Position numbers and translations under genes: made by a program. Positions 39,367-53,460 of a DNA stretch of 64,000 nucleotides are shown piece after piece; the stretch's first letter is position 1, and the number at the start of each line of letters is the position of its first letter. A model generated the notes under the pieces. That model was given only the letters and a program-made list of their open reading frames with translations, searched no databases and was not told where the DNA came from. The DNA lies in assembly GCA_964016885.1 (NCBI GenBank), contig OZ024742.1:97278001-97342000 (forward strand), in the 5' to 3' direction. The stretch is from Eledone cirrhosa (lineage: Eukaryota).

Positions 39367-40685
39367 GGAAAGGCACCACTGATGCGCTCTTCCTTGTGAG
39401 GCAATTACAGGAAAAGTACCTAGCTAAAAGTAAGCCACTCTACTTGGCATTTGTCGACCTTGAGAAAGCCTTTGACAGAGTTCCACGTGCAGTAATCTGG
39501 TGGGCTCTTAGAAAACTAGGAGTAGATGAATGGCTTGTGAAAGCGGTACAAGCCATGTATAGGGGAGCAGTCAGCAAAGTTAGGATTGGCAATGAGTATA
39601 GCGAGGAATTTAGCGTACAGGTTGGGGTCCACCAGGGCTCTGTTCTTAGCCCTCTCCTGTTCATCATAGTCCTGCAGGCAATAACGGAGGAGTTTAAGAC
39701 CGGATGCCCATGGGAACTCCTGTATGCTGATGACCTCGCACTCATAGCTGAATCTATGGTAGAACTAGAGAATAAATTCCAAACCTGGAAGCAGGGACTA
39801 GAGAGAAAGGGCCTCAAAGTCAACATGACAAAGACTAAGGTCCTTATAAGTAGACGAGAAAACAGAACCCAGATCCCCTCAGGGAAATGGCCTTGCTCAG
39901 TATGTAGGAAAGGTGTAGGTAGGAACTCCATTCTTTGCCCCAAATGCAAACAATGGGTACACAAGAGATGTAGCGGGATCTCAGGAAGCTTAATTAAGAA
40001 TGTAGGATTCACATGCAGCAGCTGTGCTGAAACAGCAAGCAAACAGCCACAGGAAACAAGTACCACCAATCTCTGGGAGGGCCCTGTAGAAACAGTAGAC
40101 AGCTTCTGCTACCTAGGTGACCGAATTAGCAACGGAGGTGGGTGCTCAGAAAGTACAATAACTAGGGTAAGAACGGGATGGAAGAAGTTTAGGGAACTAC
40201 TACCACTGCTAGCTGCAAAAGGCTTCTCCCTCAGAATGAAAGGCAGACTGTATGATGCGTGTATCCGAACAGCGATGTTGCATGGTAGTGAGACCTGGGC
40301 GCTGAAGGTGGAAGACTTACGTAGATTAGAGAGAAACGAAGCCTGCATGCTCCGATGGATGTGTAACAGTAATATACGTGAACGACAAAGCATAAATGAA
40401 TTGAGAGAGAGACTGAGCATAAGAGGAATCAAATGCTGCGTGCAGGAGAGGCGGTTACGCTGGTATGGACATGTGATGCGTATGAAGGATGACAGCTGCA
40501 TAAAAAGGTGCAGAGCACTAGAAGTTGATGGAAACCGCGGAGTGGGGAGACCCAAGATGACTTGGGATGAGGTGATAAAAGCCGACCTTACCCAACTACA
40601 CCTCTCAAAGTCAATGACACACGACCGTGACTTCTGGCGTCACGCAGTAATACAGGGTACCCGACCTCCCATGGGTACATGCTGA
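39363..40685 (+). CDS. Uninterrupted partial RTE ORF (RT + PHD finger + C-terminus); no start codon
   Basis: [27 protein letters not shown]4HC3 finger, [19 protein letters not shown]. Confidence 0.85.
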
Positions 40686-40988
40686 AGCATATAAACAATA
40701 TGCCCCCCCCCCCCCACCGCAAGGTGGTCGTGGAGGTGCCACGGCAAAAAAGCACCCAGCCCACACTGTAAAGTGGACGTGTAGGCGCCACGAAAAAGCA
40801 CCCAGCACTCACTGTAAATGAGGTTGGTGTTAGGAAGGGCATCCAGCTGTAGAAATCAAGCCAGATCAGTTCCTGTATGAGCAAGGCATGGTCAGCCGAC
40901 CAGACACTGCCCACAACAGGACAACCCGTCTAACCCATGCTAGCGTGGAAGAACGGACGTAAAACGGTGATGATGATGATGATGATGA
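39363..40988 (+). mobile_element. 5'-truncated RTE-clade LINE (family 2, (GAT)n tail), young copy
   Basis: RT C-terminal half, 3' UTR ending CCCATGCTAGCGTGGAAGAACGGACGTAAAAC, then (GAT)n. Confidence 0.92.
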
Positions 40989-41859
40989 TATACAAACATG
41001 TCACAATGGAGGTGGCATGTTTCAATAACACAGTTTAGTAATAAAATAATGTTAGTACTTAATTATACACCTTGTCCACTGGAACATATAAAACAAATTC
41101 TAGATCGCTATGAAAAAAAACAATAAAAATAATAAAAAAAATGAAATAAATTGAAAGAAAGTGGTAAAAAAACATTTACTGCTGGATGTATGACATCAAG
41201 ATAACATGAACATTAATAAAAACAAAAGGTGAAACAAACAAGGTCTGAAATAAGAAATTCAAAATTGGAGTAAAATGTTGGGAAGAGAGACAGTGATTGG
41301 GAAAGAGAAATGGAAAGGAATAGACTGTGAAAAGTAAATGGAGAAACAAGATTAGATGGTGGGTGAAGACAGATACTGATAAGGATAGATCAAGGAGTTG
41401 AGAGGGAGAAAAGGGGGGATAGATAGTGACAGGGAGGGTGAGAAGTTGAAGCAGTGGGAGAAAGAGAGATGGTGGAAGGGGAAACAGAGAAAGAGATGGT
41501 ATGGCAGAATGGCATTGACAAGGTGGGGTTGGGGCAAATAGAGAGATAAGAAATATTAGGGCAATAGAGGACAGGAGATGTAGAAGAGAGGAAAGTGTGG
41601 GAGATATGGAGGAGGGGGAAGGGTATGAGAGATATGAGGGATGAGAAGGGTGTGAAATAGAAGGAGAAACAGACAAAGAGTGTGGGGTAAGGAGAAATAG
41701 AAAGAGGAAGACAAAGATAGATGGAGAGGGAGAGACAAGGAAGGTTTTAGAGGAAACATACCAGCTACAACATAATAAGTAACTAGAAAGAATTGCTAAT
41801 GATTCTGTGTATATGTTTTATGCCCTGTTCTCTCTTAAAACATTGAGTAAGGGAAGAAG

Positions 41860-42117
41860 ATTTTTTTTTTGTATGTAAATATGTATGTCTGTATGTCTGT
41901 ATATATGTGTATATATATATATATATATATACATATATATATGTGTGTGTGTGTAGTATGTAAGATTATTCATATATGGATGTATAATTAAATATGCATT
42001 GATGTGTATATTTATGTGTGTATATATATATATACATAAACATATATATATATATATATACGTAAATATATATAAATAATATATATATACATAAACATAT
42101 ATATATATACACACATT

Positions 42118-42150
<33 letters not shown>

Positions 42151-42167
42151 TTACATATATATATGTG

Positions 42168-42222
<55 letters not shown>

Positions 42223-42305
42223 GTATGTATGCATATAGATGCATATATATATAATAAATATATTTATCAGTATATAGATGTTTATATATATATATATATA
42301 TATAT
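41860..42305. repeat. TA-rich microsatellite region
   Basis: Directly visible. Confidence 0.9.
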
Positions 42306-42761
42306 GGGTAAGAGAGAGGAGCGGAGAGACGAGTGGCATACAGAATTAAAGAAGGAGAGGAACATGGCATGATTAGATATATGCATGTATACTATGTGGG
42401 CTGGCTGATATGTTGTAATTATATGCAAATTAAAAAAAAAATTATATAAAATTCATCTACTCCTCTTTATTTTTTGTTCCTTGTTTGTTGTTTTCTAATG
42501 TCCATTTTCAATTTTCTTTCTAAATTGAAACCTTGTTTTTTCACAAAAACATTCTTTGCTGTTCTGGAAGTTGTAAATTATAGAGACTTTCACACCATCA
42601 TTCAATATCCATCTTTTATTTTATTTTAGTTTGTTGTTTTCTTTAGGTGCTTTTTTGATATTTCTTTTATGTTATTTCATTTTCCCTTCCCACCTATGCA
42701 TCTCTATTACATACATTAACTCCCATTCTTTTTCCTTGGTCATGTGTCCTTAAAGAGACAG

Positions 42762-42940
42762 TCATCATCACCATCACTTTCATTACCATCATCATTGCCA
42801 CCAACATCATCATTATAACCCTCATCATCATCAACTCTATCATCATCACCATCATCATAATCATTAACATTCCCAACATCATCATAAATATTATCTTCAT
42901 TAACACCATCATCCTCATCACCATCCTCATTGTCATCATA
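42762..42940. repeat. Degenerate (CAT)n repeat
   Basis: Directly visible. Confidence 0.85.
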
Positions 42941-43547
42941 TAATGTTTGTTTGTCCATGTGCCATATATTAGAAGAGCCATCATGGACCAAGTCAATTCT
43001 TTATTAAAGCTACTATACTCTTTAACAAACTAAATAAGGACCACATTCTAGTTTTAGCATAGTTTCTTGAAATGGATGCTCTTTCTAATGCCAACCAATT
43101 TACAGAGTGCACTGAGTATATTTTATTGAGGCCCCATCACTAGGAAATTGTTATATCCTTGACACATAAATATTCCTCTCAATCATTGTAGTTTCCATCT
43201 AGGAAATTCCTTCAGAAGACATTGGTTAGCCTGAGATTGTAGTAGAATACACATACTCACCTAAATTGTAAAGCAGTGGGACTGAATTATGAAATCACAT
43301 GGTCCTGAAATGAACTTCACAACCACACAGCCATACTTACTAAACTTAGGTTTCATTGTGAGATTGTTTCCATAATAATTCTATGATTTATTTTAACCAT
43401 TAGGAAAAACATCATGTTAGAGGTCTAGTGAAAGCAAAGGCTACACTTGTAATACATATACAATTGTATTCTATTACTGTCTCTATAATAACTATATATT
43501 ATTAATACTGTACACTATTGTCCAATACAAACTAGCTTGTTTTGAAT

Positions 43548-43572
43548 CTCTCTCTCTATCTCACTTTCTCTC

Positions 43573-43659
<87 letters not shown>

Positions 43660-43722
43660 CTCTCTCTCTCTCTCTCTATCTATGTATCTATCTATCTATC
43701 TATCTCTCTCTCTATATATATA
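43548..43722. repeat. (TATC)n/(TC)n microsatellite
   Basis: Directly visible. Confidence 0.92.
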
Positions 43723-43922
43723 TAAACAAGTGATGAGCTGTTGGAGAGGATTCTTCTAACTCATATAGAAATGGATGTAAAAGTGATGATGATGATAAAT
43801 ATGTGTGTGTTTGTCTGTGCTCATAATTATTGATAGATATGTATACATATGTACAATACACACATGTATATACATGCATACACATGTAGATATATATATA
43901 TATATATATATGTATGTATATA

Positions 43923-43970
<48 letters not shown>

Positions 43971-45489
43971 TATATATATATATATATGTATATATATAAT
44001 ATATATAGAGAGACATGTGTGTATGAGAGCATATATGTACATTTGTATGTAAGATGGTGTGTGTGTGTTTTATTATCTTGCTCACAGCTAAATATTAGAA
44101 CATCTATTTGCAGGCTGTCATAGTTCTTTTCCAGATTGATAGTTTAATGCCAATTCACTTCTTGACCTCTACCCTACAATCATACATCACCCTTTGATGC
44201 CCTATACACAAAAATAAATGATTTCTGACTCCAACATTGTATTAGCCTCTTCATATGTTCATCTCACAACAATTAAAGAATGATGGAGCAATGCTCTTAT
44301 AGGCAAAAATACAGAAAACAATCTCGTAAAATGTCTATCAGTTTAGTAGACATTACATTTTAGATATTCTGCTGTTCTTCTTTTATTCCAGCTTCTCTTT
44401 ATGTTGTTTACTTCATGGTAAGTCTAAATGTAGCTTGTAGATACCGACATAGCTGAATGGTTAGGAAGTTTGCTTTGTAATCATGAGGTCCCATATTAAT
44501 CCTATTATGTTTTCACTTGGTGTGTTTTAGTTGTTGAGGTTTTTGCTTTCCAGTTGATATCTATCTTAACGCTACCTTTGGATAGAGGCATGACTGAGTG
44601 AAGTAATTTGCTTCACAATCATAAACTTCTGAGTTCAATCACACTACATGACATTTTGGGTAAGTGATGATAATGATATATATATATATGTGTGTGTGTA
44701 ATTGTGACCTTATCAATATTTACGTTTTCTGTTAGTGTTCTGTAACTTAGCTGTTCAACAAAATAAGTAGCAGATTTGTGATCAGTGCAATTGACTTAAT
44801 CCTTTCAAGGTGGTACCTCAACATGGTAATCTAATGATTTGGCCCATTAAAAGAATAAAAGAATATCTGATGAGCAAAATACATTTTATCCATGACCATC
44901 ATGTCTTCTTCTCAGGAACTGTATAGTAACATAGACAACATCAAACAATATGACCTTTATTAGTGATGGTGGGTAGGGTGTAGCTTGAGAGAGATTTGGT
45001 TGTAATTTCTAGCAGGTTAATTAAAATGTAAATATCAGCAACCTATACAATCATCAGTATATAGGCTTACATTTATGTGCTTTTAATACTCATGAAGTTT
45101 CTTGTGAGTGGTGCCGGGATTCTGGAGGGCTGCAAATGTTTTTTTAGTGTAGAGTCCCTAGCTGTTTTAATCATACAGTGAGTGGGCTCACATCTTATAA
45201 CATTAAAAGCTTCTTGACTCTTACCCCACTCTATATATTCAAAACACTTAAGTACTTATGTATGTCACTATCAGTGCTATGGGGAAGAGTTTTCTCCCTT
45301 TATATTAGGTTATGTGATATTAAGACTTTTACAGACTTTTTATATATTTACAAAAAAAATTTCAAATTGTATAAAATGTAGTCCCACTGTATAACTTTTA
45401 ATTCTTAACATCTTGGAATGATTTAGCAGAAAATATCGAAAAATAGGTTTTTTTATTTCTTTTTTTTATTTATTTCACAGCTCCAATAC

Positions 45490-45768
45490 AATGGGCATGT
45501 GGTTAGAATTTCTCAGGAAAGAATTGCTGGACAGATTTTATGGGCAAAAACCAACCTGCAAGAGACTCAGGGGTAGACCCCAGGCAAGATGGTTGGATTA
45601 CATCCATGAGTTTGGTTAGTCACGCTTCGGAATCTAGTCAGAGCAGTTGGAGACAATGGTTCTGACAGGACCCACAGGAAGGAGTGTTTGAGGACTCTGC
45701 CCCATGACCCTCTCAAGAATAAATGGGAGAAGAAGAAGAAGAAGAAGAAGAAGAAGAAGAAGAAGAAG
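45490..45768 (+). mobile_element. 3' end of RTE family 1 with (GAA)n tail
   Basis: GHVVRISQERIAGQILWAK...GRP..RW.DYI; homologous to the reverse complement of 12600-12820. Confidence 0.75.
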
Positions 45769-45789
45769 GTTTGTTAATTTAAATGTTTA

Positions 45790-46005
45790 TGAGGGTGATG
45801 AATTGGCAGAATCAGAAGAGCATCACACAACAGATTTTGTGGTATTTAGTTATGGCATTCTACACTGTGCCTTCAAATCCTACAGAGACCAACTTTGTAT
45901 TTTATCCTTCCAGGTTTGATAAAATAAAGAACAAGTTAAGTACTAATGTCAGTATAATCTATTTACCTCTTTCCTTGCTCACCTTGTGCCAAAATTAGAA
46001 AAAGT
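45790..46005 (+). mobile_element. Diverged SINE family A
   Basis: TGAATTGGCAGAATC head, TTCAAATCC, TATCCTTCCAGGTTTGATAAAATAAAG, CCTTGTGCCAAAATTAGAAA tail. Confidence 0.7.
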
Positions 46006-46885
46006 TAATTTAAAAGTTTATAGTATTTTCACTGATGGACAGAGATCATTGTGAAAACTTTCAATCTTAGAGTAAAGACTTTAATATTTAATTTGATGAA
46101 GTCATAGTGTTGTTTTATTCTTTTCAAGAATGTTGTGCTCATGCGGTTCTATGGGTACAGAACATTATGAATTAACTATTTTTTGGCTATTTTGTTATAT
46201 ATTTTCCACATTTAATCACGTCTATATATTTCTATTATTTATTGTTTTTGTATTAGGCGCTTTGTTGTTGTGTAGCTATAACATAATATGTTATATCTAT
46301 TACACACAAAAACACATATATGTATACAAACACAAATACACACACACACATACACATACATACACATATATATATACATAGAGAGAGAGAGAGGAGGGGG
46401 GGGGGCATATTTTTGTTGTGTCTGAAGTAAATTTCCAACCTTGTAAAACCTTGTATCTATTATCAAAATCCTCATATTACATTTTATTATATATGATTTT
46501 TATACTTTTCTTGTCATTGTTGTTGTTATTATTGTTAAGATTTTTACTATTATTGTTGCTATTGTTGATATTATTGTTGTTGTTATTGTCTCTGAAATTC
46601 TTGTTTTGTAATTATTATATTTCACCAAACATTTTACATATGCTTACTAATTTATCTATATTTGTTTATAAGTTTTATTTGTAAATTCTGGTGAGAGCTT
46701 CTCAGTTCATGTTCCTGGTATCATTGATATATTACTTTCAACACCCAATATTTAATCTCTTGTCAGATTTTCTTTAAATATTTTCAGCAGCCCCATCTCC
46801 TTCCAAGAAAAATCTTTAACTTCCTTCAGATTAATATTCTACCTATGTTATATCATGGATATTAAAAAGGATTTACACATTACAC

Positions 46886-46985
<100 letters not shown>

Positions 46986-47096
46986 ATGTGTGTATGTATA
47001 TATATATATATTTATTTATCTATCTATTTATCTGTCTCTATCTCTTTATCTCTCTCCCTCTTTCTATGTATGTATACATATATATATATATACATT

Positions 47097-47148
<52 letters not shown>

Positions 47149-47749
47149 GGTATTTCTCTCATACAATGCTACCATGGAAAATAGACGTTAACTGATGATG
47201 ATGATGTGTGTGTATAAATTCACATTGATGTATACTTATACATACATATATGTAATACATATGAATTTATTTTGATATATATATATAGCATGGCAGATAG
47301 ACGTTAAACGATGATGATGATGATGATGATGATGATACAGAGAGAGTTTGAGTGACAATAAGAATTGCAGCTTTTTGTGAAACTTTATTCAATATTACAA
47401 TTGTTTCTATATTGATCAGCTTGGGTGTTTGATCAGGCAATCGGTAAATTTGTAAAAGTTTACATGGTTGGTCTCATATATTTATCGCTCTCCCACTCCT
47501 GCAAACCACCATTGCTATATGGTCCAATCGTAACTCAGCGGTTTATAGTAAGTTCTCTAACAAATCTGTATAGCAAAGCTACCACCTCGGTTATTACTCC
47601 TTAAGTTTAGACCTGGTTGATTTTCGGTTTGCTAGATGGACTGCAGAATTTGGAAAGTCTGAACACTCAATGACAATGTCACAGATAAAGATAAATTCAC
47701 CTCCCATTGCAGGATGAGAATGTAAGGATACCTCTTTATTTCAGACATG

Positions 47750-50700
47750 GACGACCAACATAATTCCATCTCTCATACACCTCCCTGCTCCTCCAACCCA
47801 ACCATTCCACCCTCCCAACTTCAGAGTTGGTACCATGAATGTAGGCACATTGAAAGGTCGCTCAAATGAGGTTGTAGAGATGCTTGAACGTAAAGAAGTT
47901 GATGTTTGTTGTGTTCAAGAGACTAGGCAGAGAGGTGGGTCTGCTAGATTCATTGTGGGTAAAAAACGATGCTATAAACTTTTCTGGGTGGGAAATGACA
48001 ACGGACTGGGTGGAGTAGGAATTATGTTAGCTGAAAAATTGGTAGATAAGGTAATTGACATAAATAGAGTAAATGACAAAATAATTAAAATAAGACTAGC
48101 TCTAAATAGTACTACTGTGACAATAATATGCACCCCAATCTGGTCTACCTGACGTTATAAAGGACAGGTTCTAGGAGTCGCTAATGCACACTACCTCCCA
48201 AATAACTGACAGTGACTACTTAATTATTGCTGGTGACCTAAACGGTCACGTTCGACAACATAGTGATGGCTATAATGGAATCCATGGAGGCTATGAATAG
48301 AAATTCTGTGACGCTAATAACCTAACTATCTATAACACAAGCTTCAAAAATCGAGAAAATCACTTGATCACCTATAGTTCAGGGGAACATGCCAGCCAGA
48401 TAGATTATATCCTTACTAGAAGACGTGACAAAGTGTCTGTTGTAAACACTAAATCCCCCGTGAAGAATGCACCTCCCAACATAGCCTAGTAGTTAGTGAC
48501 CTCATAGTCAGGAATAGATGTACTCGACGACAGAGGAGGACTACCTTGAGGAGAAGAATATGGAAGTTGAAGGACACCATAGCCAGTGACAAATTTAAAA
48601 GCTTATTACTTGATGCCTTTGACAATAAGGAAGAGCAATTAGAGACGTACAATATAGAGGAACAGTGGGAATTCTTGAAAGTGAACCTGCTGAAAGTGAC
48701 GGATGAAATCTTTGGCTGGAGTAGACCTATTGGCAGGAGGAGAGTAACTTGGTGGTGGAACAGTAAGGTGGAGGAGACAATCAAGGCCATAAAGCAGGCT
48801 TGGAAAGTATGGCAGGATGGGGGAAGTAGAGAACACTATCAAGTGGCAAGAAGAGAAGCTAGGAGACAAGTGTACTTTGCAAAAAGGGAAGCAGAGGATA
48901 GAAAGTTCAAGCATGTTCTACAACGTGAGGACCAAAAACGTGAGGTGTTCAGGATTGCTAGACAATGTGTCAAGGAAAACCGTGATATTGTCGGGGAGAA
49001 GTGTGTCTGTAATGATAATGGTGTACTTTCCCTCACTGATACTGATAAAAAGGTAGCTTGGAAGTGTCACTACGAGAGATTACTAAATGAGGAGAATAAA
49101 TGGGAAAAAGATAGTCTGCTCCAAATCGATCCAATGGAAGGACCAGTGGTTCACGTTAAAGGTAGTATAATAAGTAAGACATTCAAAGATATCAATACAA
49201 GCAAGGCAGCTAGGCCTTTGGAGATAGTTGCTGAGATGTTGAAAGCATCTGGAATAGTGGGACATACTATGGTCACCCGTATAGTAAACAAAGTAATACA
49301 GAATGGGGTCATACCAATAGACTGGCCTAGCAGTAGCATCATTAACTGCTACAAGGGTAAAGGGGATGCTCTAGATAGGGGAAACTAGAAGCATTAAGTT
49401 AGTTTACCTGGCCATGAAGGTCACAGAAAGAGTTATAGCACAACTAATCAGAGAGCAAATTGATCTAGATGAAAAGCAGTTTCAGTATGTGTCAGGTAAA
49501 AGTACCACAGATGCTCTTTTCCTTGTACAACAACTACAGGAGACGTACCTAGCTAAAAGTAAACCCCTATACTTAGCTTTTGTAGACCTGCAGAAAGCCT
49601 TTGACAGACTGCCCAGCTCCATTATCTGGTGGGCTCTTAGAAAACTAGGTGTATATGAATGGCTTGTGAGAGCTATACAAGCCATGTATAAAGAAACAGT
49701 CAGTAAGGTTAGAATTAACAATGAATATAATGAAAGATTTAGTGTAAAAGTTGGTGTTCATCAAGACTCTGTCCTTAGCCCCCTCCTATTTACTATTGCT
49801 CTTCAGGCTATAACAGAGGAGTTTAAGACCGGCTGCCTATGGGAACTCCTATACACAGATGATCTAACTCTTATAGCTGAATCTATGGCTGAACTAGAGA
49901 AGAAATTCCAAACATGGAAGCATGGCCTAGAATCAAAAGGCCATAAAGTTAACTTGTATAAGACTAAAGTTCTAGTCTGTAGAAAGGAAAATAAGGCACA
50001 GGTGCCCTCTGGGAAATGGCCATGCTCAGTGTGTAGGAAAGGAGTAGGTAGAAATTCAATTTTATGTCCCAAATGAAAACTATGTGTACATAAAAGATGT
50101 AGTGGGATAAAAGGTAAACTATCTAAGAACGTAGACTTTATATGTGGCTGATGCTCAGGTGCAATAAGTAGCAAGTGCCCACAGGATACTAGCTCCTATT
50201 GCCCAGATGGTTCTATAGAAATAGTGGACACTTTCCATTACCTGGGTAACAAAATCAGCAGTGGTGGAGGGTGCTCTGAAAGTACAGTAGCCAGAGTCAG
50301 AACGTGATGGATAAAGCTCAGAGAGCTTATACCACTGTTGGCCACAAAAGGTTTCTCTCTAAAAATGAAAGGCAGATTGTATGATGCCTGTATAGGAACA
50401 GCAATGCTACATGGCAGTGAGACATGGACATTGCGTGCAGAGGACCTGCACAGACTGGAAAGGAACAAAGCATGTATACTCCGTTGGATGTGTAATAGTA
50501 ATATACGTGAATGGCAAAGCATAAATGAACTAACTGAAAAATTAGGAATAAGAGGGATCAGATGCTGTTTACTTGAGAGAAGACTACGTTGGTATGGTCA
50601 CGTGATGCGCATGAAAGACGACAGCTGTATATAAAAGTGCAGGGTTATCATAATTAATGGAAGTTACGGAGTAGATAGACCCAGAAAAGTCTGGGACGAT

Positions 50701-51197
50701 TTGATAAATTCTGACCTTACACACTTGCACCTCTCTAAGACAATGTCACTGAACCGATATCATTGGCGCCACACAGTAATACAGAAGACCCACCTTGCCT
50801 ATGTACAAAGCAAAACCTGCAGCCAGTAAGCACCTCTTAACCAAATATACACCCCAATCTACTACCCCTCCTCCATCCTCCCACTCCCACCAACACCACC
50901 CTCTCTCTGTAAAGTTGGTACCACAACATCCAGTACATATAAATGAGAAAATGAGATCGAGATAGTGTAGGTGTCATGACAAAAAAACACACAGTCCACA
51001 CTGTAATGTGGTCGTGTAGGTAACACGATAAAAAGTTCCGAGTCCACACTGTAAATATGGTTGGTGTTAGGAAGGGCATCCAGTCATAGAAAACCTGCCA
51101 GATAGTCCTATAAGAGCAAGACACGGTCACCTGACCAACCTTGCCTCAAATTGGGACAACTCTCGTCTAACCCATGCTAGCATGATGATGATGATGA

Positions 51198-51200
<3 letters not shown>
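47750..51200 (+). mobile_element. Near full-length degenerate RTE family 2 LINE (APE endonuclease + RT + PHD)
   Basis: [65 protein letters not shown]; stops and frameshifts; (GAT)n tail 51182-51200. 5' boundary approximate. Confidence 0.9.
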
Positions 51201-51267
<67 letters not shown>

Positions 51268-51415
51268 ATATATATATACATACATTATATATAAATATGT
51301 ATGTATATATATATATACATACATTATATATAAATATGTACGTATATATAGATATATATATACAAATAATTTATTTTAAAATGTTCGCTCTACATGGCTG
51401 AATACAATAAATGTA

Positions 51416-51459
51416 ATCTGAGTTTTTCGAATATTAATTAATATTCGAAAAACTCAGAT
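51416..51459. repeat. Perfect 44-bp palindrome without spacer
   Basis: ATCTGAGTTTTTCGAATATTAA|TTAATATTCGAAAAACTCAGAT. Confidence 0.9.
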
Positions 51460-51484
51460 ATATATACGCATTTATATATATAAC

Positions 51485-51534
<50 letters not shown>

Positions 51535-51591
51535 TATGTATATATATATAGTTTTGCGAGGTTTTTTATATGAAATCGTGTGTCGAAACAA

Positions 51592-52120
51592 ATATTGTTA
51601 TACTTGGGGAGGGTCATATTTGTGTAATATTGCTAGAATTAATAATAGACATACACAAGCACAATAACAACAAACATATAAACACACACTAGTAAAGATA
51701 GAATACATTAACCAAGACACAGTCACCCAATCACGAACACACATCAAACAAAACACTATACACACACGCAAACGCATGCGCAAAGAAGACTAAATAAAAT
51801 AAACAAATAAATAAATATATAAACAGACTAAATAAAGATGGCGTAGAAAATACAATGGAACGCAAGGAAACAATAGCACCACTGACGATGTTGCAGATGT
51901 GCAATGAAAGAACTTTGATAAACTATATATATGTGTTTGTGTCTATATTGTATCTGTATTATTGTTTACCGTTGGTCAGTCAATGGCAACATTGAGGACC
52001 GAATAAATTAGATTACCGATATAAAAGACACAGAAGCGAAAAGCGAAAACCAACCCAACAGTGAATGTGTTCTGTTATTAATTCTGGCAATATTACACAA
52101 ATATGACCCTCCCCAAGTAT

Positions 52121-52128
<8 letters not shown>
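51592..52128. mobile_element. Inverted-repeat-flanked element (~58-bp arms) between (TA)n tracts, with an internal hammerhead-like core
   Basis: ATATTGTTATACTTGGGGAGGGTCATATTTGTGTAATATTGC.AGAATTAATAA.AGA is inverted at 52071-52128; CTGACGA-T-GTTGCA(GATG)TGCAAT-GAAA at 51882-51909. Confidence 0.65.
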
Positions 52129-52157
<29 letters not shown>

Positions 52158-52177
52158 TATATATATATATATATATA

Positions 52178-52245
<68 letters not shown>

Positions 52246-52291
52246 TTTATATATATAAATATATGTATATATATACATATATATATATATT

Positions 52292-52345
<54 letters not shown>

Positions 52346-52393
52346 TTTATATATATATCATCATCATCATCAATATATATATATGTATATATA

Positions 52394-53030
52394 CAAGGTG
52401 GTATCAAAAGGATTTTGGACTAGTTATGTAGCATGCCAACAGATGGCAATACATGGTTGCATGTGCAGGGAGAACTACCAGTGACCTTAATACGATATTG
52501 TTATCAATCGGATGTTGGAACAAAGAGCTAACGTGAAATGTTGTGTTCAACTTGGGAAGTCTGCTACAGAGACAATGACCATGTTTCAGCAATCGACGCA
52601 GCAGTTGACACAGTGGAAAAACCAAACCCTTCATCTCCACGTCTGAAGAAGGCACAACTGAGCTGCAGCTCCATCATCATCACGCTCATCGTTTTTTTGT
52701 TCAATATATCCCGCATTGGGGATCAAGAATTCCTCCTCCAGGGCCAAATAATCGATCGAGAGTTCTACTGCAATGTTTAGGGGTGTTTGAGAGAGGATGT
52801 TTGACAAAAGCGATCGGATTTGTGGAGTGCAAAGAATTGGATTCATCATGACGATAATCCACCTTGTCATCAATGACACTCATGCCTTTCTCACCAGAAA
52901 CAAAATTTCATCACCTCCACACCTGTTCTATTCACCTGATTTATCACCTGCAAATTTCCATCTCTTCTTCAAGGTGAAAATGCAGCTCAAAAGTTGCCAT
53001 GTTAACATAGTCATCGCAATCCAGAGCAAC
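52394..53030 (+). mobile_element. Mariner (Tc1/mariner) relic, internally deleted
   Basis: TA-CAAGGTGGTATCAAAAG TIR-like start; transposase fragments SPRLKK, HHDDN..CH, YSPDLSPANFHLF. Confidence 0.8.
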
Positions 53031-53057
53031 TCAATTACGGAAAACGTAATAATAATA

Positions 53058-53460
53058 ATTGTTTCTACTTTTGGCACAAGGCGAGCAATTACCCAGTACA
53101 TTACTGGTACTTTATTTTATCGACCCCGTAAGGATGAAAGGCAAAGTTAACCTCAGCGGGATTTGAACTCAGATCATAAAGGGACGTAACTACGCTGGAA
53201 GTCATGTCCGACCTTTCTACCAATACTGCCAATTCACCGCCCTATAATAATAATAATAATTGTTTCGACTTTAGGCACAAGACCAGCAATTTGGGGTGAG
53301 GGGAAAGTCGATTAAATCAACCTTAGTGCTAAACCGGTGTTTTATTTTATCGACCTTGTAAGGATGAAAGACAAAGCTAAACTTAGCAGGATTTGAACTC
53401 GGAACATAAAGTGCTATAAGTCTATGCCATGAAGCATGGTGTGCAATGCTTTACTGATAA
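53058..53460 (-). mobile_element. Two tandem SINE family A copies (53058-53242 and 53258-53460)
   Basis: Reverse-complement cores, each with an (ATT)n tail. Confidence 0.85.

Noticed and set aside
42694-42996. Met-rich and Asp-rich ORFs
   Set aside because: Degenerate (CAT)n repeat with no gene context
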